Shown: one piece after another, positions 10,706 through 22,007 of the stretch
How the letters are laid out: each line of letters begins with the position of its first letter
How positions within the stretch are numbered: position 1 is the stretch's first letter
Origin: Octopus bimaculoides
Lineage: Eukaryota
Direction of reading: 5' to 3'
NCBI RefSeq assembly: GCF_001194135.2
Contig: NC_068985.1
Coordinates: forward strand, 80,263,166-80,297,469
DNA: 34,304 bases
Made by a program: the position numbers and the translations under genes
The notes under the pieces: model-generated
The model's database searches: none
What the model was told of the DNA's origin: nothing
What the model saw: the letters and a program-made list of their open reading frames with translations, nothing else

Positions 10706-10774
<69 letters not shown>
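10704..10774. repeat. (ATT)n microsatellite
   Basis: Seen directly. Confidence 0.95.
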
Positions 10775-10775
10775 T

Positions 10776-11120
10776 AAGGCGGCGAGCTGGCAGAATCGTT
10801 AACACGCTGGGCGAACTGCTTAGCGGTATTTCGTCCGTCGCCACGTTCAAATTCCGCCGAGGTCGACTTTGCCTTTCATTCTTTCGGAGTCGATAAATTA
10901 GGTATCAGTGAAACACTAGGTTTGATGTATTTGATTAATCTGCCTCCTCACAAATTTCAGGCCTTGTACCTTTAGTAGAAAGGATTATTATTATTATTAT
11001 TATGATTAAACTTATCGGGGTCAATAGAATAAGTACCAGTTGAGCACTGGGGTTGATGTAATCGACTAGCCCCCATCCCCTCCAAAATTTCAGGCCTTGT
11101 GCCTAGACTAGAAAGGATTT
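10776..11120 (+). mobile_element. SINE family A full copy with (ATT)n tail, followed by a second partial 3' half (11010-11120)
   Basis: ggcggcgagctggcagaatcgtt head, gttcaaattccgccgaggtcgactttgcc body, aaaggattattatt tail; the 3' half is repeated. Confidence 0.9.
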
Positions 11121-11797
11121 TATCCTATGCTCTAACGATTCTGCTAATTCACTCCACATGATGGTTTCAAATGACCGACTGGACTCATATGACAATTTCT
11201 CAAAAAGCCTAAGAATCTTCAAAGAACCTGTAGAACACGTGACACTCTCAAACTGTTTACGGGCATCAAAGACTCGAGAAATCTTGAAACATGTTTTGCA
11301 ATATATATCTGACTTAGGTCATTGCAATACAATCATAATAATTTTCTTTTCCGATAATAATTCAATACGTTTGATGATTCTCGGGGCTAAATTTGAACAG
11401 GTTCCATAGTAATTTCATAGATAAATTTCTTCTCTAGATATTATATTTTTGTAGTTATTTATTCTATGATACAGTGCCAAAGACGAAAAGATTTCTTTTT
11501 AAAAAAACTGCTTTCGTTTTAGTTTTGTTTTTCTCACTTCTTTTCTGACTTTATCGTGAAACATATAATACATACATATATGTGTATCTGTGAGTCTGTG
11601 TGCACATATATATATATATAAATACATAAATACACACACATTTATACATATATGCACATACAAACATAAATACATACATGTGTGTGCGTGTATACGATTA
11701 GAAGTTGTGTTAACCTCATGAAGGGATGGTTTCATCCAAGGAAATACGGGTTCAATACCTAGTATTTTGGAGGAATTAATTTGTTTATTTATATCTA

Positions 11798-12237
11798 TAG
11801 GCGCAAAAGTGGCTGTGTGGTAAGTAGCTTGCTCACCAACCACATGGCCCCGGGTTCAGTCCCACTGCGTGGCACCTTGGCAAGTGTCTTCTACTATAGC
11901 CTCGGGTCGACCAAAGCCTTGTGAATGGATTTGGTAGACGGAAACTAGAAGAAGCCCGTCGTATATATGTATATATATATGTGTGTGTGTATGTATGTAT
12001 GTGTATATGTTTATGCGTCTATTTGTCCCCCTAGCATCGCTTGACAACCGATGCTGGTGTGTTTACGTCCCCGTAACCTAGTGGTTCGGCAAAAGAGACC
12101 GATAGAATAAGTATCAGGCTTACAAAGAATAAGCTCTGGGGTCGATTTGCTCGACTATAAAGGCGGTGCTCCAGCTTGGCCGCAGTCAAATGACTGAAAC
12201 AAGTAAAAGAGTAAAAGAGTAAAAGAGTAAAAGAGTA
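11798..12237 (+). mobile_element. tRNA-headed SINE family B, full length, with internal microsatellite and (AAAAGAGT)n tail
   Basis: A box TGGCTGTGTGG (11810-11820), B box GGTTCAGTCCC (11853-11863), ccttggcaagtgtc block, internal (TA)/(TG) array, 8-bp repeat tail; a homologous copy lies at 13949-14278. Confidence 0.92.
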
Positions 12238-13344
12238 TAAAAGAAGAAACAGAAAATGGAGATTAGGGAGTTAATAATTGTTTATTATTAACAGCAAATT
12301 AATCATCTTCACATAATTTGCAGTTAATAACTTCCCAATCAACTTCCCAATCTCCATTTTCGTTTTCNNNNNNNNNNNNNNNNNNNNNNNNNNNNNNNNN
12401 NNNNNNNNNNNNNNNNNNNNNNNNNNNNNNNNNNNNNNNNNNNNNNNNNNNNNNNNNNNNNNNNNNNNNNNNNNNNNNNNNNNNNNNNNNNNNNNNNNNN
12501 NNNNNNNNNNNNNNNNNNNNNNNNNNNNNNNNNNNNNNNNNNNNNNNNNNNNNNNNNNNNNNNNNNNNNNNNNNNNNNNNNNNNNNNNNNNNNNNNNNNN
12601 NNNNNNNNNNNNNNNNNNNNNNNNNNNNNNNNNNNNNNNNNNNNNNNNNNNNNNNNNNNNNNNNNNNNNNNNNNNNNNNNNNNNNNNNNNNNNNNNNNNN
12701 NNNNNNNNNNNNNNNNNNNNNNNNNNNNNNNNNNNNNNNNNNNNNNNNNNNNNNNNNNNNNNNNNNNNNNNNNNNNNNNNNNNNNNNNNNNNNNNNNNNN
12801 NNNNNNNNNNNNNNNNNAATCTGGCGTATTGATTCTGTCCCAGACTCTGCCGCATAGTTGAAACCACTTCGTTTACGATACAAGTATATTTGCATATACA
12901 TCATGCGTATAACATTCGCATACCACACGCACGCGCGCGCATACATACTCATACTTACACCAAAACGGGTATGTGTATTGAGTGTGCTGTGACTGTTGCT
13001 TTCCTTTGTCGCAGATCATCAGCTTTGATACAACAAACATATGATTTACGGCACTGCAGCGGTGACCATTTTGTTTCCTCTCATGCATAATCACATAATG
13101 TTCTTACTATTACGTTATCCCATATGCCCTGTCGTCTGTACGACAGAAGTCAGGTATCAGGGAAATGTTGCTGCTATATCTAGCAGACCAACTAATGACG
13201 TAGATGTTATCTCAGTGAAACGTATGGTACAGCAAGAATTCAAACTAATTCCAGGTCATTCTCACCACTAGCAATGCCGTGAATTGATAATTGGCTACGT
13301 GGACGATGCTATTGTACACCAAGTGCAATAAGCATACACGCACG

Positions 13345-13402
<58 letters not shown>

Positions 13403-13404
<2 letters not shown>

Positions 13405-13555
13405 GCAATCCCTCCTCACCATATCGCGGTTCTCCTATCGCGGTTTATTATTTAAGCTTACGTCCATGCCTCTGTGGTGTTGCTTTGCTTTCATAAAATA
13501 AATATATACAAATTATAAGAATAATAAAAAAAAAATATACAGAACAGTACTGTTT
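13403..13555 (+). mobile_element. Left end of a pogo/Tigger-like DNA transposon or MITE
   Basis: TA at 13401-13402 followed by CAGCAATCCCTC and repeated TATCGCGGTT subterminal motifs, as in Tigger-type termini; runs into an N gap. Confidence 0.45.
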
Positions 13556-13923
13556 NNNNNNNNNNNNNNNNNNNNNNNNNNNNNNNNNNNNNNNNNNNNN
13601 NNNNNNNNNNNNNNNNNNNNNNNNNNNNNNNNNNNNNNNNNNNNNNNNNNNNNNNNNNNNNNNNNNNNNNNNNNNNNNNNNNNNNNNNNNNNNNNNNNNN
13701 NNNNNNNNNNNNNNNNNNNNNNNNNNNNNNNNNNNNNNNNNNNNNNNNNNNNNNNNNNNNNNNNNNNNNNNNNNNNNNNNNNNNNNNNNNNNNNNNNNNN
13801 NNNNATATAAACATATATGTATATATACATATGTACGTATGTACGTATGTATGTATGTATGCATGTATGTATGTATGTATGTAGGTGTGCATTTATGCAT
13901 GCATGCGTGCACGTATGTGTGTA

Positions 13924-14278
13924 CCTTTTCTTTTACCTGTTTCAGTTACTTGCTTACCACCCACCACATGGTTCCGGGTTCAGTCCCACTGCGTGGCACC
14001 TTGGGCAAGTGTCTTCTACTATAGCCTCGGGCCGACCAAAGCCTTGTGACTAGATTTGGTAGACGGAAACAGAAAGAACCCCGTCGTATATATGTATATA
14101 TATGTATGTGTGTGGATATGTTTGTGTGTCTGTGTTTGTACCCTCCAACATCGCTTGACAACCGATGCTGGTGTGTTTACGTCCCCGTAACCTAGCGGTT
14201 CAGCAAAAGAAACCGATAGAATACGTACTAGGCTTACAAAGAATAATCCAGAGGTAGAAACAAGTAAAAGAATAAAGT
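13924..14278 (+). mobile_element. SINE family B copy lacking the A box, preceded by an inverted copy of the family 3' end
   Basis: 13949-14278 aligns with 11828-12217 with a 3' deletion; 13925-13948 is the reverse complement of ..actgaaac.gtaaaagaaaag. Confidence 0.85.
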
Positions 14279-14289
14279 AATATATTTAT

Positions 14290-14968
<679 letters not shown>

Positions 14969-15825
14969 NNNNNNNNNNNNNNNNNNNNNNNNNNNNNNNN
15001 NNNNNNNNNNNNNNNNNNNNNNNNNNNNNNNNNNNNNNNNNNNNNNNNNNNNNNNNNNNNNNNNNNNNNNNNNNNNNNNNNNNNNNNNNNNNNNNNNNNN
15101 NNNNNNNNNNNNNNNNNNNNNNNNNNNNNNNNNNNNNNNNNNNNNNNNNNNNNNNNNNNNNNNNNNNNNNNNNNNNNNNNNNNNNNNNNNNNNTATGAAA
15201 TGCATAAAGTGAGCCGCAACAAAGCAAATTAGAAATGCAGGGATGAAAACTTGTGAAAAAAAAGAAACCTTCAGACTTTTCCCTTATAATATATTAAGAA
15301 GTTTTATCACTAAAAACTGACAAATGAATTTAGCTTCAAAATAGAACAACTTAACAACACCGCATCTCTCCTCTTTCTTTCTTTATCCGCTCGGTCTTCG
15401 GTTCAAAATCGCAGAGGGGGGATTCGTTTAATACTCGCCTCTACAGGAAAGCTTTCTGAACGTGTCTGTCTGTGAATTATAGATCAACTCTACTGGCCAG
15501 TACCCTTGGCCTCAACGTACGAAATGAAAACGATTATCGCATATTTAGCATGGGATAACATCTTCAAAACCAAGTAGTTTCAAAGGCTGCTGATGAATAT
15601 GCCTATTTACAGAAGTCTTTACTAAACATCGGAACACCCGGGCAATAAATGACTGCGCTTTGATGATTGAACCACTGCTGCAATTCGACGGGAAATCTGT
15701 TGGGAGGGATTGAATAATTAGCTGGCGCCCTCCAGGTTTTCATTGAAATAATATTTGTCTCAGATTCACTCCTCTCGGAGTAGCAATCTACGTACATCGA
15801 CTGACTGTCTTAGCAGTATTAAAGA

Positions 15826-16036
15826 TTTCAAATTTGGACACAAGGCCAGCAATTTTGAGGGAGTATGTAAGTCAATTACATCAACCCCTATGATCAACCG
15901 GTACTTATTTTATCGTCTCCGTAAGGATAGAAAGCAAACTCGACCTTGGCCGAATAAGAACTCAGAACGTAAAGACGGACAAAATGACGCTAAGCATTTT
16001 GCCTAGCGCGTCAACGACTCTGCGTGCTCACCACCT
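15826..16036 (-). mobile_element. SINE family A, diverged full-length copy
   Basis: ggtacttattttatcg..aaggatagaaagcaaactcgacc..gaactcagaacgtaaagacggac..gctcaccacc is the reverse of the family A head and body. Confidence 0.85.
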
Positions 16037-17372
16037 TCATGTCTTAGTAATAATATAGACAGTTGTTTACAGACTCACGTAACAGCATTACATAACATCT
16101 AATAAATGTGGTGGATTGTACTTTGGCGGTGATGTTCGCATTAGAGAACAATCTAAAACATTTCTGCTAAAACATTTGGAGATTATCGCAACCACGACAT
16201 CACAGTAACCATTGAAGCCATAGGATGGAATTTTGAAAATTTAGGAGATTAAATAGACCATTTTAATTTTTTTTAATCTACCATGAACAACACCTTGTGT
16301 TTCAAGTTCAAATCCCGTTAAGGTCAAATGTGCATTTTGAACCTTACGAGATTGATTAATAAAGTACTAGTATAAAGCAATGGACTGATAGAAGCATTAT
16401 AGCGTCTGGTGATGTTGCCTTGCACTATTTGTTTCGGTTATTTGCGTTCTGAGTTCAAATCCCAGCGTGACCTACTTAAAGAATGGTCGACTTAATCTGT
16501 TGCCAATTTAACATCGTAATTTGGTCTGTGAAATTTTCGTGGTGCCGACGCTAATTTAAACGTTCGAGCCAGAACTCCTCTCTCCTACAAGTCTCTGAGG
16601 CCCTATAAAGGATCATGAGCACTGCCCTTCTCCTTGGATAAGAAATGAAAATTAAAAAAGCAATAGCTAATTCACTAATGAAACACTACAAATCAGCACA
16701 TGTGGCAGCTCTTCCCTGCTCGACATATTTGCGCAGACCAGAGATAAATTCGATCTCTAGTTTCAGATAATAAGATTTTTATAGGACGAAATGTGGTAAT
16801 ATCATGAACAGTTGTCTTGTTTTTGTTTTCACTCCGTTTCCAATAGCCATTGTAATTTTCTAAAACACTTTTAACAAAGCACATATCTAGATACGTGTGT
16901 ATGTGTGTGTGCGTGCGCGTGCACGTGTGCAAACGGGTGTCTGCACAGATATATTTAACATGTTCATCTACGCGTAAAAGAAAAGTTAAGACATTTGCTA
17001 CGGAAAGTGCCGCAGGGAAGAAATCCTCCTCATAGAGAATATCTGTGAAAAACCTCATGCCATGTGCCTTCACACATATACTCACAGACACATACCAACT
17101 TATCTATAATATAATATCATATANNNNNNNNNNNNNNNNNNNNNNNNNNNNNNNNNNNNNNNNNNNNNNNNNNNNNNNNNNNNNNNNNNNNNNNNNNNNN
17201 NNNNNNNNNNNNNNNNNNNNNNNNNNNNNNNNNNNNNNNNNNNNNNNNNNNNNNNNNNNNNNNNNNNNNNNNNNNNNNNNNNNNNNNNNNNNNNNNNNNN
17301 NNNNNNNNNNNNNNNNNNNNNNNNNNNNNNNNNNNNNNNNNNNNNNNNNNNNNNNNNNNNNNNNNNNNNNNN

Positions 17373-17627
17373 TTTTTTTTCCACTGTACCAGGGACCGAT
17401 AATATTTCTTAGTATTATTAATTTATACCAGAAACAATATATATAATGAATATAATAAAAGTTGACAATTTCTTTTTATCTTATATTTATTTTGTAAACA
17501 AATAATACAATTATTATATAAGCATTTTATAATGCTTCCTTCTTTTCTGAAAACTCGCCGCGTACCGGCAGCTGAGATGGCTCGCGGACCGGCACCGGTC
17601 CGCGGACCACCACTTTGAGTCACACTT
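17373..17627 (-). mobile_element. hAT/Charlie-like MITE end
   Basis: Minus strand begins agtgtgactcaaagtggtggtccgcggaccggtgccggtccgcgag, the CAGTG..TCAAAGTG.GGTCCGCGGACCGG terminus typical of Charlie-type hAT elements; a further cggtccctgg motif near 17390; runs into a gap. Confidence 0.6.
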
Positions 17628-18559
17628 GCTTAAACAATCTAACCGTAAATAGATTCCTTAAGTATGAGCAGCTGTAGTACTCTAAATAAAATCATCTCAA
17701 TCCTGTTTCTAATTGTATCAGACGGTAGTCTTGATTATTGGTTTATATGTGATTCTTAATGTAATCTTTTTTCAATTATTTAAAATCTTGTAAAGAAGCC
17801 GGTTTCTAACTAACAAAGTTACAAAACTTCATCTTTGGAATGTTAACAAAGACTTGAGAAATGTCTTGCATTTTTTACTGGTCCACTTGATGTTTCCTTT
17901 TCTTTTATTTTTTGAACGTTCCAATTTACCCAAATTGTCACAGGCATTTACTCACTGAACCTAGCGCACCAATCATTATTGGTATAAACGAAAATTTATA
18001 ATCTGGGTATAGACGCAGTATGCATGCATGTATGTATATATGTATGAATGCTTGCATACGTATGTTGTGTTATGTTATGTATGTATGTATGTGTGTATAA
18101 CCGATACCTCCAATAGGCTAGCCTGGTGAAGAGGCTTACTAGAAACCCAACAGTACTAAAATCAAGAACCCAGTGTAGGTTCAACAATTATCTAAGCAAT
18201 AGCACGGGCCCTCAGAAGTTCCGGGTAGATGTCCAGCGTGCTAGAAGACCAATGGGAGTGAGGCACACTCCAGCCTTTCTTAAAGCACATCTCTAGGAGA
18301 CGGTCACTCTAATATTAAAATGGATATGCAAGGAATAGCATTGGATATCTTGGGGATCTTTTACCTGCGCTTGAGATCATGGCACTTTCACCTTCCTGAG
18401 TCTGCAACCCACACATGCACTAGATATCTTGCTTCAGCTTGTTTCTGAATCATGTGAATAGGGTACAAGGGTCTATGAGGAGTTTTGCAAGCCTTAATGG
18501 ATCTAAAATTTTGCACAGTTAGTCAGTGATGTTGATACTCGTCAACGAATTGACAGCTA

Positions 18560-18700
18560 TCATGTATGTATGTATGTATGTATGTATGTATGTATGTATG
18601 TATGTATGTATGTATGTATATATGTATGTATGTATGTATGTATGTAGGTATGTATGCATGCATGCAAGCATGTATGTATGTATGTATGTATGTATGTATG
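18560..18700. repeat. (TATG)n microsatellite
   Basis: Seen directly. Confidence 0.95.
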
Positions 18701-19189
18701 CGTCTGTATACATGTCTTTGTGCATGAGTTTATGGTGGAGTACGCAAATTAGTTGATCATGCTACCATGCACATGCATCTACTAACACAGTATTTCTCGG
18801 CCTATAGACCCTTTAATTCCTATATTACTTGGATGTGCATTCCTAGTCAGCCGGTGTTTAAAAAATCATATTATATTTTTATAATTAAATATTATTAGAA
18901 ATTGTATAAAGAATTCTTAAAATATTTTGTGTATTGTAGAAGTATAACAGATTTATTGCAGCTAAATTTTAACAACAAAATCTTATATGGACCACCAAGG
19001 GCCATATGAGCCATTGTGCAAGTAAATGGACATCCTGCTTAGTCAAGAGAAACAAGCACTACTCATTCTCAGACACAGAGAAATAGTGTGTTGCAGCAGC
19101 ACACTCAAAGTCTTCGATTCCAAATTGATGCAGTAATTCAAACGATGATATATTGGGATGCTTTCCCTGTAGCCTTTTTCAGCTCCGGA

Positions 19190-19632
19190 GATTTTGGTGG
19201 TGGTGATGGTGGTAGTGCTGGTGGTGGTAGTGCTGGTGGTGGTAGTGCTGGTGGTGGTATTGCTTTTCAGTTCAGCACATCACGACAAACAGCAGACTCT
19301 TTACTAAAAGAGACCCAAACTCTTCTTATATTCCTATAGAGTATCTTTACAAGCTGAATTGCGTCATTGAAACTAAAAGTATCTTAACAAGGGACATTTC
19401 GAAGCACAGAACTATTAACTACTACTACTACTATCACCGTTGCTGCTACTACTGCTGTCGATGTTGTTGCTGCTGCTGCTATTACTACCACCACCACCGC
19501 CACTGCTGCTGCTGATGATGATGATGCTACTACTGCTAGCACCGCCATCACCACCCCACAACTATTACAACTACTACTACCGCTAGTAGTAGATGTAGTA
19601 GTAGTAGCAGCAGCAACAGCAACAACAACAGC
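19190..19632. repeat. Trinucleotide low-complexity blocks (GGT/GCT; ACT/GCT/ACC/GTA/GCA)
   Basis: Seen directly. Confidence 0.9.
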
Positions 19633-20999
19633 AGAGTTTTCGAGAACATTTGCCATTCAAGCATAGACGAAGCCATAACAATTAGGTAGATTCAGAGAAG
19701 CATTCAAATATCTATCGTATAATAATCCCAATAATGTAGACGATATATGTCATCTTAATATAATTAGTTTTCTGAAGCAATTGCTCGCATACCATCAGAC
19801 TGCTTTCACAAATTATACTTGGAGGTAGAGTAATGTGTTCAAACCGCTACTTCACTTCGAGTTCTTAATGAATGCAGCTTAAATAAGAGTGCAATGCTTC
19901 TGTAGTGGTACAAAACATATATAATTTCACATGTACGCACACTTGCACATACATACATACATACATACATACATACATACATACATACATAGTGCTTTAT
20001 ATAAGAAATATAGATAAAGAAGGATGACAGAAGATTAAACACNNNNNNNNNNNNNNNNNNNNNNNNNNNNNNNNNNNNNNNNNNNNNNNNNNNNNNNNNN
20101 NNNNNNNNNNNNNNNNNNNNNNNNNNNNNNNNNNNNNNNNNNNNNNNNNNNNNNNNNNNNNNNNNNNNNNNNNNNNNNNNNNNNNNNNNNNNNNNNNNNN
20201 NNNNNNNNNNNNNNNNNNNNNNNNNNNNNNNNNNNNNNNNNNNNNNNNNNNNNNNNNNNNNNNNNNNNNNNNNNNNNNNNNNNNNNNNNNNNNNNNNNNN
20301 NNNNNNNNNNNNNNNNNNNNNNNNNNNNNNNNNNNNNNNNNNNNNNNNNNNNNNNNNNNNNNNNNNNNNNNNNNNNNNNNNNNNNNNNNNNNNNNNNNNN
20401 NNNNNNNNNNNNNNNNNNNNNNNNNNNNNNNNNNNNNNNNNNNNNNNNNNNNNNNNNNNNNNNNNNNNNNNNNNNNNNNNNNNNNNNNNNNNNNNNNNNN
20501 NNNNNNNNNNNNNNNNNNNNNNNNNNNNNNNNNNNNNNNNNNNNNNNNNNNNNNNNNNNNNNNNNNNNNNNNNNNNNNNNNNNNNNNNNNNNNNNNNNNN
20601 NNNNNNNNNNNNNNNNNNNNNNNNNNNNNNNNNNNNNNNNNNNNNNNNNNNNNNNNNNNNNNNNNNNNNNNNNNNNNNNNNNNNNNNNNNNNNNNNNNNN
20701 NNNNNNNNNNNNNNNNNNNNNNNNNNNNNNNNNNNNNNNNNNNNNNNNNNNNNNNNNNNNNNNNNNNNNNNNNNNNNNNNNNNNNNNNNNNNNNNNNNNN
20801 NNNNNNNNNNNNNNNNNNNNNNNNNNNNNNNNNNNNNNNNNNNNNNNNNNNNNNNNNNNNNNNNNNNNNNNNNNNNNNNNNNNNNNNNNNNNNNNNNNNN
20901 NNNNNNNNNNNNNNNNNNNNNNNNNNNNNNNNNNNNNNNNNNNNNNNNNNNNNNNNNNNNNNNNNNNNNNNNNNNNNNNNNNNNNNNNNNNNNNNNNNN

Positions 21000-21059
<60 letters not shown>

Positions 21060-21097
21060 GGCAGACAGACAGACAGACATATAGCTCGCTCTGGCCA

Positions 21098-21232
21098 GTC
21101 ATGGTATTAGCTGTCAGTAGCCAAAGAATCGACAGGCCAGCAACAGGCATGCAGGCAGACAGGCAGACAGGCAGACAGACAGATACTTCACTAGCAGTGA
21201 GCACTTTCACTTCTGACAGCTAATAGCATGAC
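21098..21232. mobile_element. Short element bounded by 20-bp inverted repeats (MITE-like)
   Basis: GTCATGGTATTAGCTGTCAG (21098-21117) and CTGACAGCTAATAGCATGAC (21213-21232) are 19/20 complementary; the interior has CAGG/CAGA repeats. Confidence 0.5.
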
Positions 21233-21236
21233 AGTG

Positions 21237-21251
21237 CCCTAACCCTAACCC
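21237..21251 (+). repeat. Telomeric-type repeat CCCTAACCCTAACCC
   Basis: 2.5 units of the (TTAGGG)n complement, directly abutting the PLE RT. Confidence 0.8.
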
Positions 21252-22007
21252 ATCCATGACACCAACCATGCTCTTCGTTTGTTCAACTCTTTCTCCTTCC
21301 CTCCTGACCCCTCTAAACTTCTCTTCACTCTTGACATCAAGAGTCTATACACGGTCATCCCTCACGACGAGGGGCTGCATGCACTCCAACATTTTCTTGA
21401 CCTTCGACTCAACCCCAACCTGACACATCCACACTCCTTCGTCTGGCCGAACTTGTCCGCTCACTTAACTGCTTCTCGTTCGCGGGTGATTTTTACCAGC
21501 ATGCCTCGGGAGTAGCCATGGGAACGAGAATGGGTCCCAGCTATGCGAACCTGTTCGTTGGCTACGATGAGGCCCAAATATTCTCAAGTTTCACTGGTCC
21601 CACTCCTGAACTATACGGTCGTTATATTGATGACTGTATCGGTGCAACATCACTCTCCCGTGAACATCGAGAATCCTTCCTCTCTTTTGTCAAATCTTTC
21701 CATCATGCCCTCCACTTCTGCACTATTTCCGACACCTCCGTTGCCTTTCTCGACATTTCGGTCAGCATTCATCACTCCACTCTCACCACCTCCATCCACT
21801 ACAAACACACAGACTCACACTCATACATCAACTTCTTCTCCTCCTCCCACACTAAACACACCAAGCTCTCCATCCCTTATTCCCAATTCCTTCGTCTACG
21901 CAAGCTCTGCAGTGACAAACATGACTTTGAGATTCAGTCTCAACTCATGGCTCGCCACTTCATCCTACGTGGATATCCCCTCACCGCCCTTGCCAGAGCA
22001 CTTCCGT
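21252..22007 (+). mobile_element. Penelope-like element reverse transcriptase, 5'-truncated, one frameshift near 21420, 3' part lost in a gap
   Basis: IHDTNHAL..LFTLDIKSLYTVIPHDEGL / GVAMGTRMGPSYANLFVG..GRYIDDCIG..VAFLDISV..YKHTDSHSY..SIPYSQFLRLRKLCS..RGYP are diagnostic PLE RT and thumb motifs. Confidence 0.93.

Noticed and set aside
16693-17091. 132-aa minus ORF with a good acceptor (tttttcacag) before DILYEEDFFPAALSVANV
   Set aside because: No convincing donor, it runs into (CA)n-derived sequence, and no homology is recognised.
18090-18500. Complex sequence that might be a decayed LTR/DIRS coding region (likewise 13080-13330, 14520-14780, 30730-31130)
   Set aside because: All frames are interrupted and I could not identify any diagnostic motif; left unannotated pending BLASTX.
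21237-21251. A true telomere or chromosome end
   Set aside because: Only 15 bp of repeat with ordinary sequence on both sides.
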